Origin: Psilocybe cubensis | Lineage: Eukaryota | NCBI GenBank assembly: GCA_017499595.2 | Contig: CM038998.1 | Span: 3,844,001-3,908,000, forward strand | Length of the DNA stretch: 64,000 nucleotides | Direction: 5' to 3' | Part shown: piece after piece, positions 1 through 14,689 of the stretch | Layout of the letters: the number at the start of each line of letters is the position of its first letter | Position numbering within the stretch: position 1 is the stretch's first letter | Position numbers and translations under genes: made by a program | The notes under the pieces: generated by a model | The model's database searches: none | What the model saw: only the letters and a program-made list of their open reading frames with translations | Told to the model about the DNA's origin: nothing

Positions 1-3000
1 GGCTTAGAGTTCAATGATGTAAAGCTCATATTTCACTTCTTTCCCAGACACTGACTTGGTTTTGAAAGGTTTTTCTTTACAATTTCTTTCACGACTCAAC
101 AGTAGACCTGTCCCAATGGAGGCTAGTCCTCAACAACATCTCAAACGAGGATCGAAAGTTTGAATCAGTTCCCAGATTTGATCCAACACGTCACGCTGCA
201 ATTTGTTCAGAGGTTTTATACTTTCTTCACAAAATAAAATTTCCATCACTTACCATTCGGAATCAGCTCAAATCCCTATACGTAGCTATTACACGTGCAC
301 GAAATAACCTGCGAATTGCCGATGAATCGTTAAAGGGTGAGCCAATGAGGGTATGTTCATCTTTCTATACCCTATGCACCTTGCATTAATATTCATTTTA
401 AATAGGCGCTATGGTCTAACCGCGGGCAAATTCGTAACTGCCACCCAGATGACGACCTTTCTGACTTCGCTGTGCCATCTAGCAAAGAAGAATGGGCGAG
501 GAGAGCCCTCGAGCTATCCCGTAACCACAAATATTCTCATGCTAGGGATAGCTACGAGAAAGCAGGAAACCCCCGACAGGCGGCTGTGGAAAATGCTCGT
601 TATCTAGAACAGCTTGCTCTCAGAATTCCATCTAATACACGGAAACGCGAGCGCGAAGCAGCTTTTAAGGTGGCTGCTGGTGCATTTATATCTTGCGCCG
701 AAAGTGCCTTGAAGTCGCATACCAAGAACAGCCACTACAAGTCAGCAGCGCAATGCTTCGAAGATGCCGGTGACAACCTGTCGGCTGCGAAAACATACGA
801 GCTGATTCCAGACTTCACGAAAGCGTCACTTTTATACCGGAAACTCGGAAGATTCGACGTCGTCCACTCGATCCTTGTTCACCATGCCGAAGAGGTCGAC
901 AATATGGAATCTCTTCGAGACATTGTACGACTTTATTATGTCAACAAAAAAGAGTTCGAGTACGTCATGAAACCAGCTTAACTTTAATTGACCACAAACT
1001 TATATTCTTCATCTGCTTGTAGCAAAACTCATCAACTATTCGAGACGGTCGAGGACGAGATCGAGTATCTCGAGGATCGAAACCTCGACATGGCTCAAGT
1101 GGATTTGTATCTGATGCTTGGTAGGAGAATCGACGCAGTAGACATTCACCTCAAAGAAGGCCGGTTTCTTGAAGCTGTGGATTTAATCATTGAAGGCGTA
1201 AACCTTGACAGCAATACATCCCAACGAGCTGCACACTATATCCTTCAGGGACTATGGCAAAATCTATCCGTTGGGACGTCAACAACTCCTGAGAGCAAGC
1301 AAATCAACGAACTGTTGAAACGCTTCGAAGTTCTCGACAAAGGTGCAATCGAGTCCGCAGATCTACTTGAGGTAAGTTTATTGCTTTTATAATAATGGCT
1401 GGAATATCGTACTAACGCCTTTGCCAGTTTCAGATGTTCCAAGCAATATCTGATAGGGAGTTTGACAAACTCGCTTCGCTTGCAAAATCGCTGGCTGCTT
1501 CAGGTAATCCTGATGCAGCCTTCCTATGCCTCGACTATCACTACAACATTTTGCCATCCCTGGATACAATGGACATCTACCAGATATCGGCCTCCCTGCA
1601 ATTATTCTCCGAGTACATCTGCACACTTCACAACCTGGCGTTCTGCCTGGATCCCAGTTCTGACTACCGAGTGATGAAGCTTTTTGGAATCATCAAGGTG
1701 GATAACGACTTCATGGTTTTGTCCAATAATTTTCTTTCTCGATCTTCTTCTCTTATGTCAAAGAGCCGTGGATCAGAATCATCGTCTCGTTACTTTTCCA
1801 AAAGTGATTTAGTGTCGACTTATCATACATGTACTCAACGGCACCTTCTGGATCGCGTGACCAGAGAAAATGACATCTGTCGCCGGTCTTCTGCGCTAAA
1901 TCCTTGCCTCCGACACCTCGTTTACTTGCACTTTGGAGGATGCAATGAGGTTACATGCCGCCTTCAATCACACATCTCACCAGACGATGCCTGGCGCCAA
2001 AGTTGGCTCTCTGCTCATCTACTGCAAATCTCTATATACAACAGTATATCAGGCATACAATACAAAAGCCAAATGCTTCGCGAAAGGCGGTAAGTCATCG
2101 GCATACGTGTAGCGTACACCATCTCATGACGATATTAGATTTTGGATAGGGAAGTTGCACGAAGTTTTGAATCCTCCCCATTATCTCTTGGCATCCACAT
2201 ACGATACTTATTGCGATATCGCTGATGCGAAAGCTAAATGGGCTATTGTCAACGATTGGTCACGGTCTATTTCTTCTGAAATTGGGTATCAGTGGCCGTA
2301 TACAGCTTTCTTGACGACAGTAATTCAAGCCGCCGATATGGCGTTTACGCTCAATCGCACAGAAGCTTCTACATTCATGTTCCGTTCACAAATTTTCATC
2401 TCGCCAGACACACCAGATGTCTTTCTGACGAACAACGCGCAGAACATTCTCAAGGCCCTCATCTTTTCTATGGACGGCAAAGCCTCTTCAAGTCTTCTTA
2501 TGGGAATCTCGTTCATTGAGTAGGTTACATTTGAATTTCTAATTTCTCAATTTCCTAGAATTGATCATTTCATTGCAGCCACGTCGTTAACCTACAGATT
2601 CCGGTTGACATAAACACTTTTTTAAGTTTCATAGAGGATATCTGCTCATCACTCATCATTTGCAACCAATACTGCTGGAGACAAAACCTGAGCAAAGTTA
2701 CACTTCCTCGTGGATGGATTGTCAGAGCACTCAAAAAGTTCGATCCAGTTGTAGCCGCACAGCAAGACACACGGGGAAAATTTTGGATGTTATTTAGGCC
2801 TTTGCGTGCAATTATACATGGTATTCATTCAGGGAGTGCAAGTTCGTTGAGAATTCTCATGGTAATTGCAAAATTCCATTGCTAATAGGATATCTGCAGA
2901 CCATTTCCTTTGCGGCGACGACATGCGCAAGCTGACCCTTCAACCACCCGTCGTCAGGAATGTCTTCATATCTCGAGTGTGCGTATTGTATTATTATTAC

Positions 3001-4402
3001 ATATGTTTTCATATTTTTATTCTAACCCAACGAGTAGATTCCGTGTTTTGGGTCTCCGTAAGCCATCCCATGATACTTACTTTTTTCTCACTGATCAATG
3101 GAACTTAGTGGGGACCAACATCGGGGTCAACAATTTTCGCGAGGAGGTTTATGCTTGCCTGACGTCTTTGCATCGCTTCAATACACCACCACCTCGTCTG
3201 TATTCAAGGTAAGAAGAATCACATATTGATAGAACGTTTCTCATAACACCTCTACCCTCAAATCAGTTATGTTAACGCAGAAAATTTCGGCGGGATTATA
3301 TTGGCTACGCGACGCTCCTTACGGGGATCGACATTCGATGAGATGATACGGATAATGCATTCAACAGATGTCCAATATCCAATATATGAGCTTGAAGATC
3401 TCCGCCGTGTCGTATACACCAACATTGGAGAGCTACTTGAAATCCTCGATCCTAGGAGCGGCCCTAGATCTCTTCCTGCGGATAATTCTTCGACTTTCCT
3501 AGGGATTAAGGACCCCATTGCTCTAGATGTAGGACCGCTATCCGACACCCGTGAGATGGAAGGAGGAATACCCACAGATACACAGGAAGATGGCACATTG
3601 GATGAGACTGCCTCGGAAAGTGCCGATGACTTGGACTCCGACCTTCAGCACCAGGAGGAGATTCCACAAATCGAAATTCCTGAAGATCTTCAGGTTGGAT
3701 ATTCCGACAGAGAATATTCCGCCATTTCCATCATCAAGCAAAAATTCACTCGCATTGTACTCTCGCGGAAACGGTTGTTGAAAGGGTCCGGTCTCGTTAG
3801 CACGATTTATAAATGGGCATCTCTAAGCAAACCAATGGCGCGACAAATACCGCTTCTCCAATACAGGCTACGATATCTCGCCTTTGTGCCTGCAATTCTA
3901 GGCTGTCTCGAGGAAGTAAATACCCTTGTAATGACCAAGAAGGCTGAGCTGAAACTGCGATTCAAACATGGTACATTGCGCCACCAGGAGATGGACGATA
4001 TCTCTGCCAACCTAACTCGTATCACGTAAGTCCCACAATCTTTAGTTTATCCTCGAGCTTGTATTTACCGCACACATGCTTAGGGTTGTTGTAAAAGCAA
4101 TAAAGAAACATCAAGAAATTTTGCGCCCTCAATCCGAACTTCATGCTCGGCAGGACATCGGAGACCTGAAGAAGCATGTTCAATCGGGACTAGACCTTTT
4201 ATCTGACTTGCAGTTACCATTCCACCTCCCAGATGAGATTAGGAATGAGCTTCATATGATATACAAAGGTCTGTTACAGGAGCCCCGACCTTGCCTTCAG
4301 ACAAAGAAGATCCCAAAAAAGCCATCATTGAACGTCGACGATATTTATTATCCCATTGGACAACATATCTGCGAGTGGGAAGATGAGTGGCTAGACTTGT
4401 AG
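1..4402 (+). CDS. 3' part of TRANK1-like UvrD/SF1 helicase with TPR region (multi-exon, 5' end outside window)
   Basis: Spliced start reads GLEFND|VFLYNFFHDS...ICSE|LKSLYVAITRARNNLRIADES (UvrD C-terminal motifs V/VI), followed by TPR-like helical exons (AAQCFEDAG...AAKTYE); last exon ends at TAG 4400-4402. Confidence 0.75.
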
Positions 4403-4594
4403 CGGCTCCTTTGTCATTTCCCAGTTGAAACACAAGCATTCTGACTAGTTATCATATATTCTCACCACAAACCAGTCTTGTTGTATTTTATGTTGATGCG
4501 GAAGGTCGAAGTTGAGTTCCAATGTTCCATTGTTTAGTCATTAATGCGACAGTATTACATATCCGTCGAAACGTTTTCGACCTTGTATGTATAC

Positions 4595-7500
4595 TTAGCC
4601 ACGAAGAAAAGCTTTTGCAATATCGGCCTGAAATCTTCCAATGTAAGCAAGTAAGTCTGGATCAGGCAATGCAGAGTATTCGTATGCCTGTGTTAGTTGT
4701 GTTCGCAGCTTCAGGCCAGCAGCATTAGAACAGCATAACATAGATGGGGGTCCAAATGAAGAAGAAATACTGCACCCTTAATAATGCCTTCCTGCGGATT
4801 GTGATTTTATGGCTTTCGCTGGATTCTTCATTCCGCGTCTGCAAGGCGGAGAGTTTCTCCGCAACTCTTTTGGCTTCAACGAGAACGTCTGGAGGGAGAT
4901 CAGCAAGTCGTGCAAGTTCAATCCCTAGTGGACATGTCGTCACAAAATAGAGTCTGTCAAAGGAACGTGAAAAGCAAACCATAGTGGCTGAAATCTTCCG
5001 AGGCCCCATCCATTATCCTAATGACAGAGATATTAGTCTCCTATTTACCGTTGAGTTACTCTCTGACTTGTATTGAAAAGTCATCCCAAAATTTGTGGAT
5101 GATGAACGGCTGCGCTATTTGAGTAACGTGAAGTAAGCTTCTGCTCGCGTTTATACAAACAGAACAACCTACCTGCACAGAAAGATGAAGGCTATAAAAA
5201 ACTGGTTGATAACGATTATATCTGCTTTCTGTAGAGCCGTAATGACGCACTTTATAACTGTTGGTTGTCTTGAGAGCGTCTTGGTAAGCTCTCCGAAGTG
5301 ACTGCAAAAATCGTTAGCAGACAATTCACCGGAGAATTGTTTTCGGAAAGGCAGATACGTGGCGAAGAAGACAAATGGCTGCAAAACAGGTTAAGGATCC
5401 GGCTCAGATATCAAAACATAAGCACACTTTTAGGGCAATCAATCCTTCCGCAATGGAATGCGATATTCCAACCCCCTCTCTAGGTGATGTTCCCCGTCCC
5501 AGCTCGTCGACTAGCACCAAAGACTTTGGGGTAGCCAAACCTGTAGGTATTAAAGCGAGATTCATGATCAAATTGATATAGAGGCACGAGTCTAACGTAC
5601 CCAGAATCATGGCCGAAGAAGCCATCTCACTGGCAAAGGTGCTCAAATTTTTTTCAAGGTCATCCTCGTTCGACAGGCGGGTCAAAAGAAAGTCGTGGAT
5701 CCTGATAATAGGAGTGATTCACAATTAAGAGACATCAGTAACTTGGAGACAAAATCACCGAACCTGAAGCTGGCATATTCAGCTGGGACGAAGCATCCAC
5801 AAAGGGCCATTACTGTGAGTAGACCTATTTGACGTAGATATGTGCTTTTTCCTATCTCCATAGTCAGTATACGTAGAAACTTGCAGGAAAAAGTACATAA
5901 GAAGCTACCAGACATGCTATATTGATTGAATAGTTGATCAGACTTGGAAAAAGGTGTGGACATTAGAACGTACTTGGGTCCTTGAATAATTTGAAAAGAA
6001 GATGAGTCGTCGCAGTAGACGTCATTCGGTACAAGACTCCCTGCACTTTGTACAGTCTCAAGTATAGGGTGGCGGCCTGACTTGATTGCCAAGGTGCCCG
6101 TAAACTCCGGGCGAACTGGTCTAGCGTCAGATCAATTTTAGGGTGAAAACACATTAACTGAACCATAATTGCGCACTACAACAAGGAATTAATTTTACTG
6201 AGCCAAGGAGCAATATATACGCTTACTGATAGAGGCATGAGCAAACGACCACAGCATATCAACAAGGGCAACCTATGCTGCATATGTCAGTAATACCCCC
6301 TAGATAATGACGTTGATTTCTTACAGCTTCAGATGCTTTATACAAAGCTCCAATATCAGCCACAATCTCTGCCATCAGATCTTGTATAATTCTGGGTGGT
6401 TTATAACTTCAAATTCAATTAAGCATGTCAACATAAAGAACGACGCACTTGTCACTAAGCATCAGGGCCTCGTCCAGCGCATCTTTCATTCGTGAGTTCA
6501 TTTTTTTCTTGACAAGAATCAATACCGGTAACACGGCAACACGCATCAAGTCTTACTAGCTCCATACTGGAAAACATCCATCGTGCCTTCTTCATTGTGA
6601 CATTAACAAAACCTTTCGGTAGCTCTCCTTCAAGATCATTTTTCTTTAGCACGAAAACAAAACCTGTTTCCTGATACACAAGTGTCAACGGCAGATTATA
6701 CTCTTCTGAGAGACTTCGGTTTAATTGGTAGATATCTCCAATATTTTCTTTATAAGTTTCTCGAGCAACGTCAAGCAAACGGTTGCAGTTGGCCCGAACT
6801 GCATAAACACGGGCGTTGAGCGCGGCTAACCCACCCTTCATAAAGTGCATTAGTGTTTTGATTCGGCGACGTCTAGAAAATTAAAGCAGACCTTTGTCGG
6901 TGCACACTCTTCGTTAAGATTCGAAGATATTAACTTGTCTATTTTGTCGAGCCTTTCATCAGAAAGCATCTATTATTTACATCGTAAGCGATTATATATA
7001 TATCGACCAAATTAGACGTGAAGACGCACACCACAAACTATGCGCAAGAGTTGAGAACGGCAGCCTTCTATTGCCTTCTGAAGCAGTGGAAGGTTTTTGA
7101 CTACGTTCCGTAAATTGAGAATCTGAGTGACGCGCTGGGAAGCTGGCTTTGCACTGGTCGATGGGCGAACTTCCGAAGAGACAAGCTATTTCGATCATCC
7201 GAACGTAAGTAACGTCTAAAAGCAACTATCGGTAACTACAAGACTTACCGCTGCAATTAACTTATCGAAGTCCATTTTATTGAGCGTCTTTAAGGCGTCT
7301 CGGACGTACGAGAAGCGATCCTCAGCATTAATTAACTCTAAAATTTTGATTAAGGTGTTTTAATGCCATGCAGAAGTGCTTTACCGTCAACGACATCCAA
7401 ACGTGCGTCTACAGAGCTCTGAACTATCAAGCTGGTAAGCCTAAGGCGGGAATAGGTACCTTTTCATGGTCATACCTGTGATAGGAGTCAAAATATTGAC

Positions 7501-8504
7501 CCTCAACAATCTGGATGCCATTGGGGTATACGTATAATTGAGAACACTGGAGAAAAAGTATAAGTATATGTATATGCGCACAAATGTGGAGGATAACATA
7601 ACATACCCAAACAAGGAATGGGACGATTTTTTGTGTGTCATGTTGCCAACGAGTTCGAGATTCCGAGCTGTATCAGGATCTATCATCATTGTACCTTCGA
7701 CCGGAACGTATTTGATTCGAAGAGAACCCGCAGCGAACCGAGTGTTGAGCCTGCCTTCTGCGTACTTGAACAGGGCACAGGCAGCAGACAATGCATAGTA
7801 TCTAATTATTGTATTCAAGCTGGTTTTGATAACTTGAGGAGCAACGGAATGATTACTTATTAGAGACAGCTAGAACAGTTCCAGCACGTTCATCGTCTTC
7901 AACGCACAGCTGAAGCACAAACTCAAGTCCTTTAGCGTCGTTAGAGACTCGGCCAACGATATTCGAGGTATAGAGACCCACCGCCTGCATCGTTCCAATA
8001 ACGCCGACCGACAGGTTCGATTTGTACACCGGGGAACTCCTCTCTGATGTATTCCACAAGGAGCGAGGTCGACGACGATCTCTTGCCGGATGGAGCCAAA
8101 GCAGCATCGGCAGCAGATAAAAAGGTATCGGGGATAAGAATCAAACACGGACTGTGTACATGCATTTGGTGGAGGGACTTGACATAAGTCTGACAATCGG
8201 CGACCTAACGTTGTCACTGTAAAAGGCGCATATATTCTACATGAGGAGGATAGCGAACCTGAACAAGCATGACTTTCCCGGTATCCTTGTCTAGAGCGGC
8301 AATTCCGACCTCCCTCGAGACACCGCGTCCTTCGAGCACAGCTAGCACGTATGAGCCATCGTATCTAACAGAAGCCGAGGTTTGTGGACGCGCTGTTGTA
8401 GGACGAGATTGTCCTGTGACACCTGTCCAAGGTCGGCTTTGCTCCGTCGTCGAATAAGAGCGTGATTGGGCGGTCCAGGGGCGACTAACTGGTCTAGAAG
8501 ACAT
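4595..8504 (-). CDS. MSH4: MutS homolog 4 (meiotic), multi-exon
   Basis: RPxTA-rich N-terminus, EGRGVSREVGIAA, MMIDPDTARNLELV, GRHPILE, Walker A QGPN-MSGKSTYLRQ, STFASEM, LVLVDELGRGTS; stop TAA at 4595-4597. Start uncertain (8504 sits next to an acceptor-like site). Confidence 0.9.
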
Positions 8505-8773
8505 AGCAAATTAGACGGAGACCAAACGATGATGAGAAGTCAGTAATAAGAGGTCAAAGTGTTAACCAATCGAAGCAGCAGCTGTTCGTTTTATTTGGGC
8601 GATCAAGTTAAGAACAAATAAAGCATCTCAGGCAATAGTGATTATAATATAAGTATAATAAGAGCAACATGGATAGAAGAACGATTGTTCAGCATGTATC
8701 CTTGGGACAGCGTCAATAAAATGAACCACTAAAAGGAGTGATGCTTGAAGCTTGAAGACGTACAATACTAATC

Positions 8774-10864
8774 CTAAACCACAGATTCATCCACTTCCAT
8801 CTGATCATCATTTCCGGAAGCCCCATCAGGTGGAAGTGGCTCATGGTTCAAGTAACAAGCCAATTCTGTATCCCACACGTACTCGTGCTTCAAGAGACCC
8901 GTAAGGACTTTGTATGCATAGGCATCGGCATACGGAACGCCACTTCTAGGATCCATATAGTGTGCTTGTCTGCCTGTTATCGGGCATAGCTGCCTCGGCC
9001 GTGCTGCAGTAATTCGTCAATCGGCATCCAAGAATATCAATGACGCTGGAAGAATAGCAAAAACTTACATAGCGGACGACCTTTGCCAACAAATACCTTA
9101 ATTTGGTCCCATTTGACATGGTCACCGAACATGGACTGCATACTTTGTGTCCATGTGGGCTTGGGAGTACCTTTTTGCTGAGCCAGTTCATGAACGACGT
9201 AATTTTTTGTGACTTTTTCAAGTCGATATTCAGGCTCAGGAGGCGGTGGAGGTTGTGGAGGTTCAGTCTCCGTTATTGGCAGTGGTTGTACAGGCTGTTC
9301 AACGGGATTTGGGGTAGCAGGTAGAGTTGGTTGTTGTTGAGAAGTACCGTCGACAGGGTCAGCAGGAGTTGATGTAAGGACGGGTGGCGTCGTTGTAGAT
9401 AGCACTGATGCAGTAGTAACGGTCGAAGGAGCTGGGGGAGGGATGGCCGTAGTCAGGGGTGTTTGCACTGGACTGACTGGTGGCCAAGTAGGAAAGGGAG
9501 AAGCGGCAGGGTCCACGAAAGGTTGATAATGAAAAAAGGTAGTCAGGGGAGGGGTATTTACCTGGGATGGAGCAGCCGACGTTGATGCGTTGGTTGATAC
9601 TACAGCCATACCAGCAGTATAACTGTATGTGGTGGGAGTGAACAAAGTACCAGGAGGGCCGTAAATGCTTCTGGACATAGTTGATGGAGCATAGGCTAAT
9701 GAAGAAGTAGGTCCCGGTGTCAAAGTAGACGAAAAGGGGGAAACAAAAGGTGCCGGGGTTGAAGTAGAAGTAGAAGAAGTCGAGGCAATTATTTGAGTGG
9801 AAGTAATTGGCGTTACAGAAGTCAAAGCAGGTACAGGTGCTGATATTGGGGGCGGAGAAGGAAGGGGTGGCACTTCGACCTTGACTTCTTCGACCCGGCT
9901 AATCCAGCGGAGCAGTGGGCCCTCAACTGTTGTTCGTACAACTCTTGCACGTTTACGCTTTTCAGCTTCATTTTTGAGATAGTCGCGGTGGTCAACAATA
10001 TTTCCCTCTTCTGTGTCCAAAGCCAGCGCAATGAGTTCCGCCTGGGTATATGTTTTATATTCAATTTTGGCTTTCTTGGGCTGCGCTGCCTATTACTTGA
10101 TCAGACAACGATGGCTGATAGAGAAGTCAAAGGAAAAATATAATTCACCCTTCTCGCCTGAACCTGCTTTAGACGCGTCACAGTAGCAGTCGTGTTCTGC
10201 ATAGTATGCTTTCTCTGGCTTGTTCTTTTGTTCCCGTCGGCGTCGTCTTTCTTGCTCTGTGCAACAATGTCCCCACTCTCTGCGTCTACAGCTTTGCCGA
10301 CAACAACGCGCTTTATTTTCAATTTGGGCTTCGGGTCGGCTGATAGTTGAATGTCGGGATTGAATGACGTCCTGTTTTTCGCGTGAGCAGCAGCAGTTAT
10401 CTTTTCAAGTCGAGTGCGTGCAGACTGTATATATCCTGTTAGCGCTTGTCTATAAGATGAATATAAGACCTACTCTTTTGACCATTCGTTCTTCCTGGAG
10501 TACTTCGTTCTCACCCGCTTCGTTAGCTTGGTTTTCTGCCTCCTCATCCGTGCTTTCAAAGTCTGAGCCGAATTCGTCTTCCTCAACTGAGGTGTAGTTC
10601 CCCTGACCAGTAAGATATTTGGATGGGTGACGATGGGGTTCCAAGCATACCTTTATCATTCACGAAATCATTATCATCGTCCAGCTCTTTCATATTGGCT
10701 TCCTCAAGCGCCATCTCGGCCAGGGCGGCCTCCATTCTGGTGTACAAGTATCAACACATTGAAAAACCCCTAGGCCACCAAGTTGCATACCGATTTCCTG
10801 CTGTGCTTCTCTTCGACCTCCGCGTCACCAGCAGTTCCGGTTGTTCCTCTGTTGTATCTGCCAT
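8774..10864 (-). CDS. VPS72: SWR1 complex subunit Vps72/YL1
   Basis: N-terminus TRRSKRSTAGNRM, acidic D/E stretch, TQDEL-type motif before LDTEEGNIV, long P/T/S insert, C-terminal YL1_C (YMDPRSGVPYADAYAYKVL). Confidence 0.85.
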
Positions 10865-11317
10865 ATTTTGAGGTGTAATGTATCACAGATACCAAAGAGA
10901 GTGTATGAAGCTAGACGAGACCTGACAAATCCTGACGGAGGACGTCACTGAGATCAAGTTCAAATTGGCACTCCGCTTCACGCGACCGTGACGGTGTTCC
11001 GACGCTATTCCATGCACCATCACCTCATCCGTCGGTTCAATGATGTTTTGAAGCCGACCGCAGCATGAATTGCTTATGAAAACAGTATTGAATTTTCTCC
11101 GCGACATTTCAGGGGCCGCAGCGTTTTGCGTATGGCATGGGTTGTTTTATCCAGCAACAAGCGACATGGTGTGAAAATGACTCATCGTCCAACCCATGCC
11201 TACACATGTGGAATATTCTCAAGGAGTTAAAACACAGTGCTATTTGGATCCCCACCTGATCGCGACTTTCTCCTTGTCCACTCCCGTCACGGTATCTGGA
11301 GAGTACACATACCAAGG

Positions 11318-12896
11318 ATGGCGTCCTCAAGCATCTTGCCCGCAACGGTCCTGGACTACAGTGAGCAGATACACTCCAAGGAATCCAACTACATTTCCAA
11401 GTTGTCCGAAATTGGGGGCATTGTTACCACCAGTCGCGAAGCTTTTGTGCGCCGTGTTGACCCAACCGCCTCCGACGACATCGATGCTCTACAGAACCCA
11501 GAATTTAAGCTTCCCAGTTGGAGATCCCTATTCATTATCATCGGGGGAAATGCAGTATTCCAGGTTAGTCACTTGAGACTATTTTCAAAGAATACTTTCA
11601 ATTCTCATGCCATACAATATAGCTTTCTTTCTTCATTATTGTTTCGTCTGCTAGTGCATATGCTGAGCATCTGGGAGGATCTGCGACATTTTCTGGTTTG
11701 ACTATTGGTATCCCCACGGTGTTTTCAGGCTTCACTTTGATTTTCGTCACGAAATACGACGGAGGTATGCTTCACGTCTCTTTCAACCGACCATCATGGC
11801 TTATGAGCGTCGATTTTAATCTACAGGTCAATATGCCGGGCCTTTGAACTTGGCATATGGATCAATGGTCTTAGGGAATATCCTCTACGCACTAGCATAC
11901 AAGGCCAACTTCCTTTACCTCATCCTCATCGGTCGCATCGTATCCGGATTTGGTTTTATTTCGTTCATGTACAGCAAAAGATATTGTTCCGACCCTCGCA
12001 TCGTCGGTATCCGCAGACGTACCACACTTGCAGGGCTGCTTGTAGTAGGACAGGCGTTTGGCTTTTCCGCTGGCCCTTTTTTCGGTGGATTACTGTACAA
12101 AGTTGGCTTTGGGAACCAGGTTTTCAACGGCGTGACTAGCCCTGGCTGGATCATGGCCGTCATCTGGTTGATGTTTTGGGGTTTGAGCAACCTTATGTTC
12201 CAGGATGTTCCCCGTCAACAACGACCCCAATCCATCGAACTGTCGCCCGTTGATGGCACAACCGAACATAGTCAACCACCCCAATCCTTCAAGGCGGCGC
12301 TTCGGGAGATTACACCGCCCCAATGGGGTGTGATAGTGTGCATGTGCTATTATTCCATGACCTGTTTCCTCATCCTGGGCAGCTGGGAAGCCAACATCCC
12401 CGTCTTTACCGCTGAGGCCCTTAATTATTCGCCATACAACGCCGGCAACTTCATCGCTCTCGGCGGCCTCGTTTCCTTCCCCTTCCTCCTCCTAAACGTA
12501 TGGTATGCCCGTCGCATTCAGGACCGCGTCATTCTAGCTATTGGCACCTCCCTCGGTATGCTCGGGCTTCTCATAATGCTTGCTATACTTCAAACCTCCA
12601 AGGTTACTTTTGGCTCTCTCTTTGTGTGCTGGTTCCTTATAGCACTGGGATTCAACTTGGCCAGCACGTGCACCTTAAGCCTCCTGTCCAAACAGCTTCC
12701 CGACACTTGGAATCGGAAAGTTAGTATGGCCATCCAGTATAGCAATTATACCGGGCGTGTCACGGGAGCCATTCTCGGAGGAGCTGGTGTCAAGATGGGT
12801 ATGACGAATTACATTGCTGTTCAGCTCAGTGTAGTTGGCCTCGGCGGTGTAATGTACTTGACGTTATGGAAGCAGCTCAAAGCCAAAACTGGTTGA
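11318..12896 (+). CDS. MFS transporter
   Basis: Many hydrophobic helices with MFS motifs (LILIGRIVSGFG, GFSAGPFFGGLL, ARRIQDR); two introns near 11563 and 11765. Confidence 0.85.
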
Positions 12897-13312
12897 AAAA
12901 TCATGGGGGAGCTTGGGTTAAAATGCAAAATTTAGATTCCTGAATGGAATCAATGTCATAAAATAGATCTGTAACGAGAACCATACGCTGCTGTTTTCCT
13001 TTTGTTATCGGGAGCGTGACAAACTTGAAGCAGGCAGTTCCATCGAGATTCGGTATACCCGCCTCTGTGTAAAATATCCAGGATGGAATATTTTGCGTCA
13101 ATTTTTTTCATAGTTTCAGGGTAACACCATGCCTTCGAGATCCGTTAGAATTCTAATTCCGCTCTATCCAATTCCATAATATACCAATTTGCCATATTAA
13201 CAAACAGATGTATAGTGCATTGAAAGGTATAGAATATTTTAGAGGATATAAACTATATAGTAGTACAGCTACACCAATGAAAAAAGGTCTCCAGACTTGA
13301 TTAATAAAACAA

Positions 13313-14282
13313 TCAATTTTCACCGTCATCCGACTCCTCGTCGTCCTGGTCGTCGTCATCACCTTCATCATCCTCTTCTTCGCCCTCCAAAGAGTCATTC
13401 CCATCACCACAACACCCGTAGGAGGATCCATAGTAGCTTTTGACGGTATTATACTCACCAACAAGCTTGCTTCCGTTCTTCGCTTTGAAAGTGACAATAC
13501 TAACAATTTCGCCACCCAGATCACGATTGGAGCCTCCCATTGGGTAGCAACCCAGTTCTTTTATGATATCCTTGAGATACATTGAAGTCATTCTCTCGAC
13601 CATATCCTCAATCTTGTTGATACGACGCTATGAACATATCGTCAATTGACTCGGCTGGAAAACGTTTAAAAAAGAACATACCCTGACTATTCTGTCGAAG
13701 CCTTCTGGGTCCTCGTCGTATTCCCCAGCCTCAAATTTCTCTTCTATCTTTTTGATAGCGGTGCATTCCTTTTCGATGCTATGTCCTGCCTTGAATCTGC
13801 GTTCCAGTTCTTCAAGAATGAATTTAGAGCATTCTGGGACAGCGTCAGGACGTGGTGTTTTGGGGAGGTTCATAGCATCCATAACGTCCGTAAAGGCAGG
13901 CATTATGAAATATGAGAGAATCTCTTCCATAAAATCCAGTTCTTCCTACACAAACACGAAAAAGGCACTCTGAGAAGTAATTTTAGACCGACACGAGAAT
14001 GTATATCTTGGTTGCCTTATCAATGGCTCGCGTCTTAACAGACTCTTTGGGGGGCGGTATTTCCTCAACTTCGGAGTCGCTTATCTCGTGCACAATGGGG
14101 GGATGGTCGGCCTTTTTCTTTTTGGATTCGGACGCGGGTTGAGAGCCCAATGATTCTGCGCGTCCCCTCTTTACGCCAGCGGTAGTCGTATTATTTGTTT
14201 GAGCTGAAGTGGGGATGGCTTTGGCAGCTTCCTTCGTTTTCGACGCTGCTACAGTTTTTTTGGTGGTCTTTTTAGGAGGCAT
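13313..14282 (-). CDS. Hypothetical protein (basic N-terminus, acidic C-terminal tail)
   Basis: Three consecutive ORFs joined by GT-AG introns; MPPKKTTKK start and D/E tail. Confidence 0.65.
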
Positions 14283-14689
14283 TGTAAATGTTGGGGTATG
14301 AGGGTTGTTGAAAATTAGACGCGTCGAGTTTTGGACGAAAATGTCGCGATCATTTATGAACTCCGAGATCACGTGTACGTGTCGCGCGACGCCGAACACT
14401 CCGTTGAAGCTTCGTTTTCAGTAGACTTCGTGTTCAACAGTGGATCACTACGTTCAGCGGATCCATAGAGGGATCCGCAAATCGGACAGCCATGTTAAGC
14501 CCCACCACGCCGCTTTCGTCTCTGATCGCAATACCGTCCTCGAAGCCGACTCAGCTTGACTGGGTGACACGGTCTTTTTCATCTGAATACCCATGATTTC
14601 CATTACGCACAAGATGGGCAAAATCACTGAGTGCAATACAAGTAGGCCAACAAGTCTCTGGGTGGAATGAGATGGTACATCGACTAACA

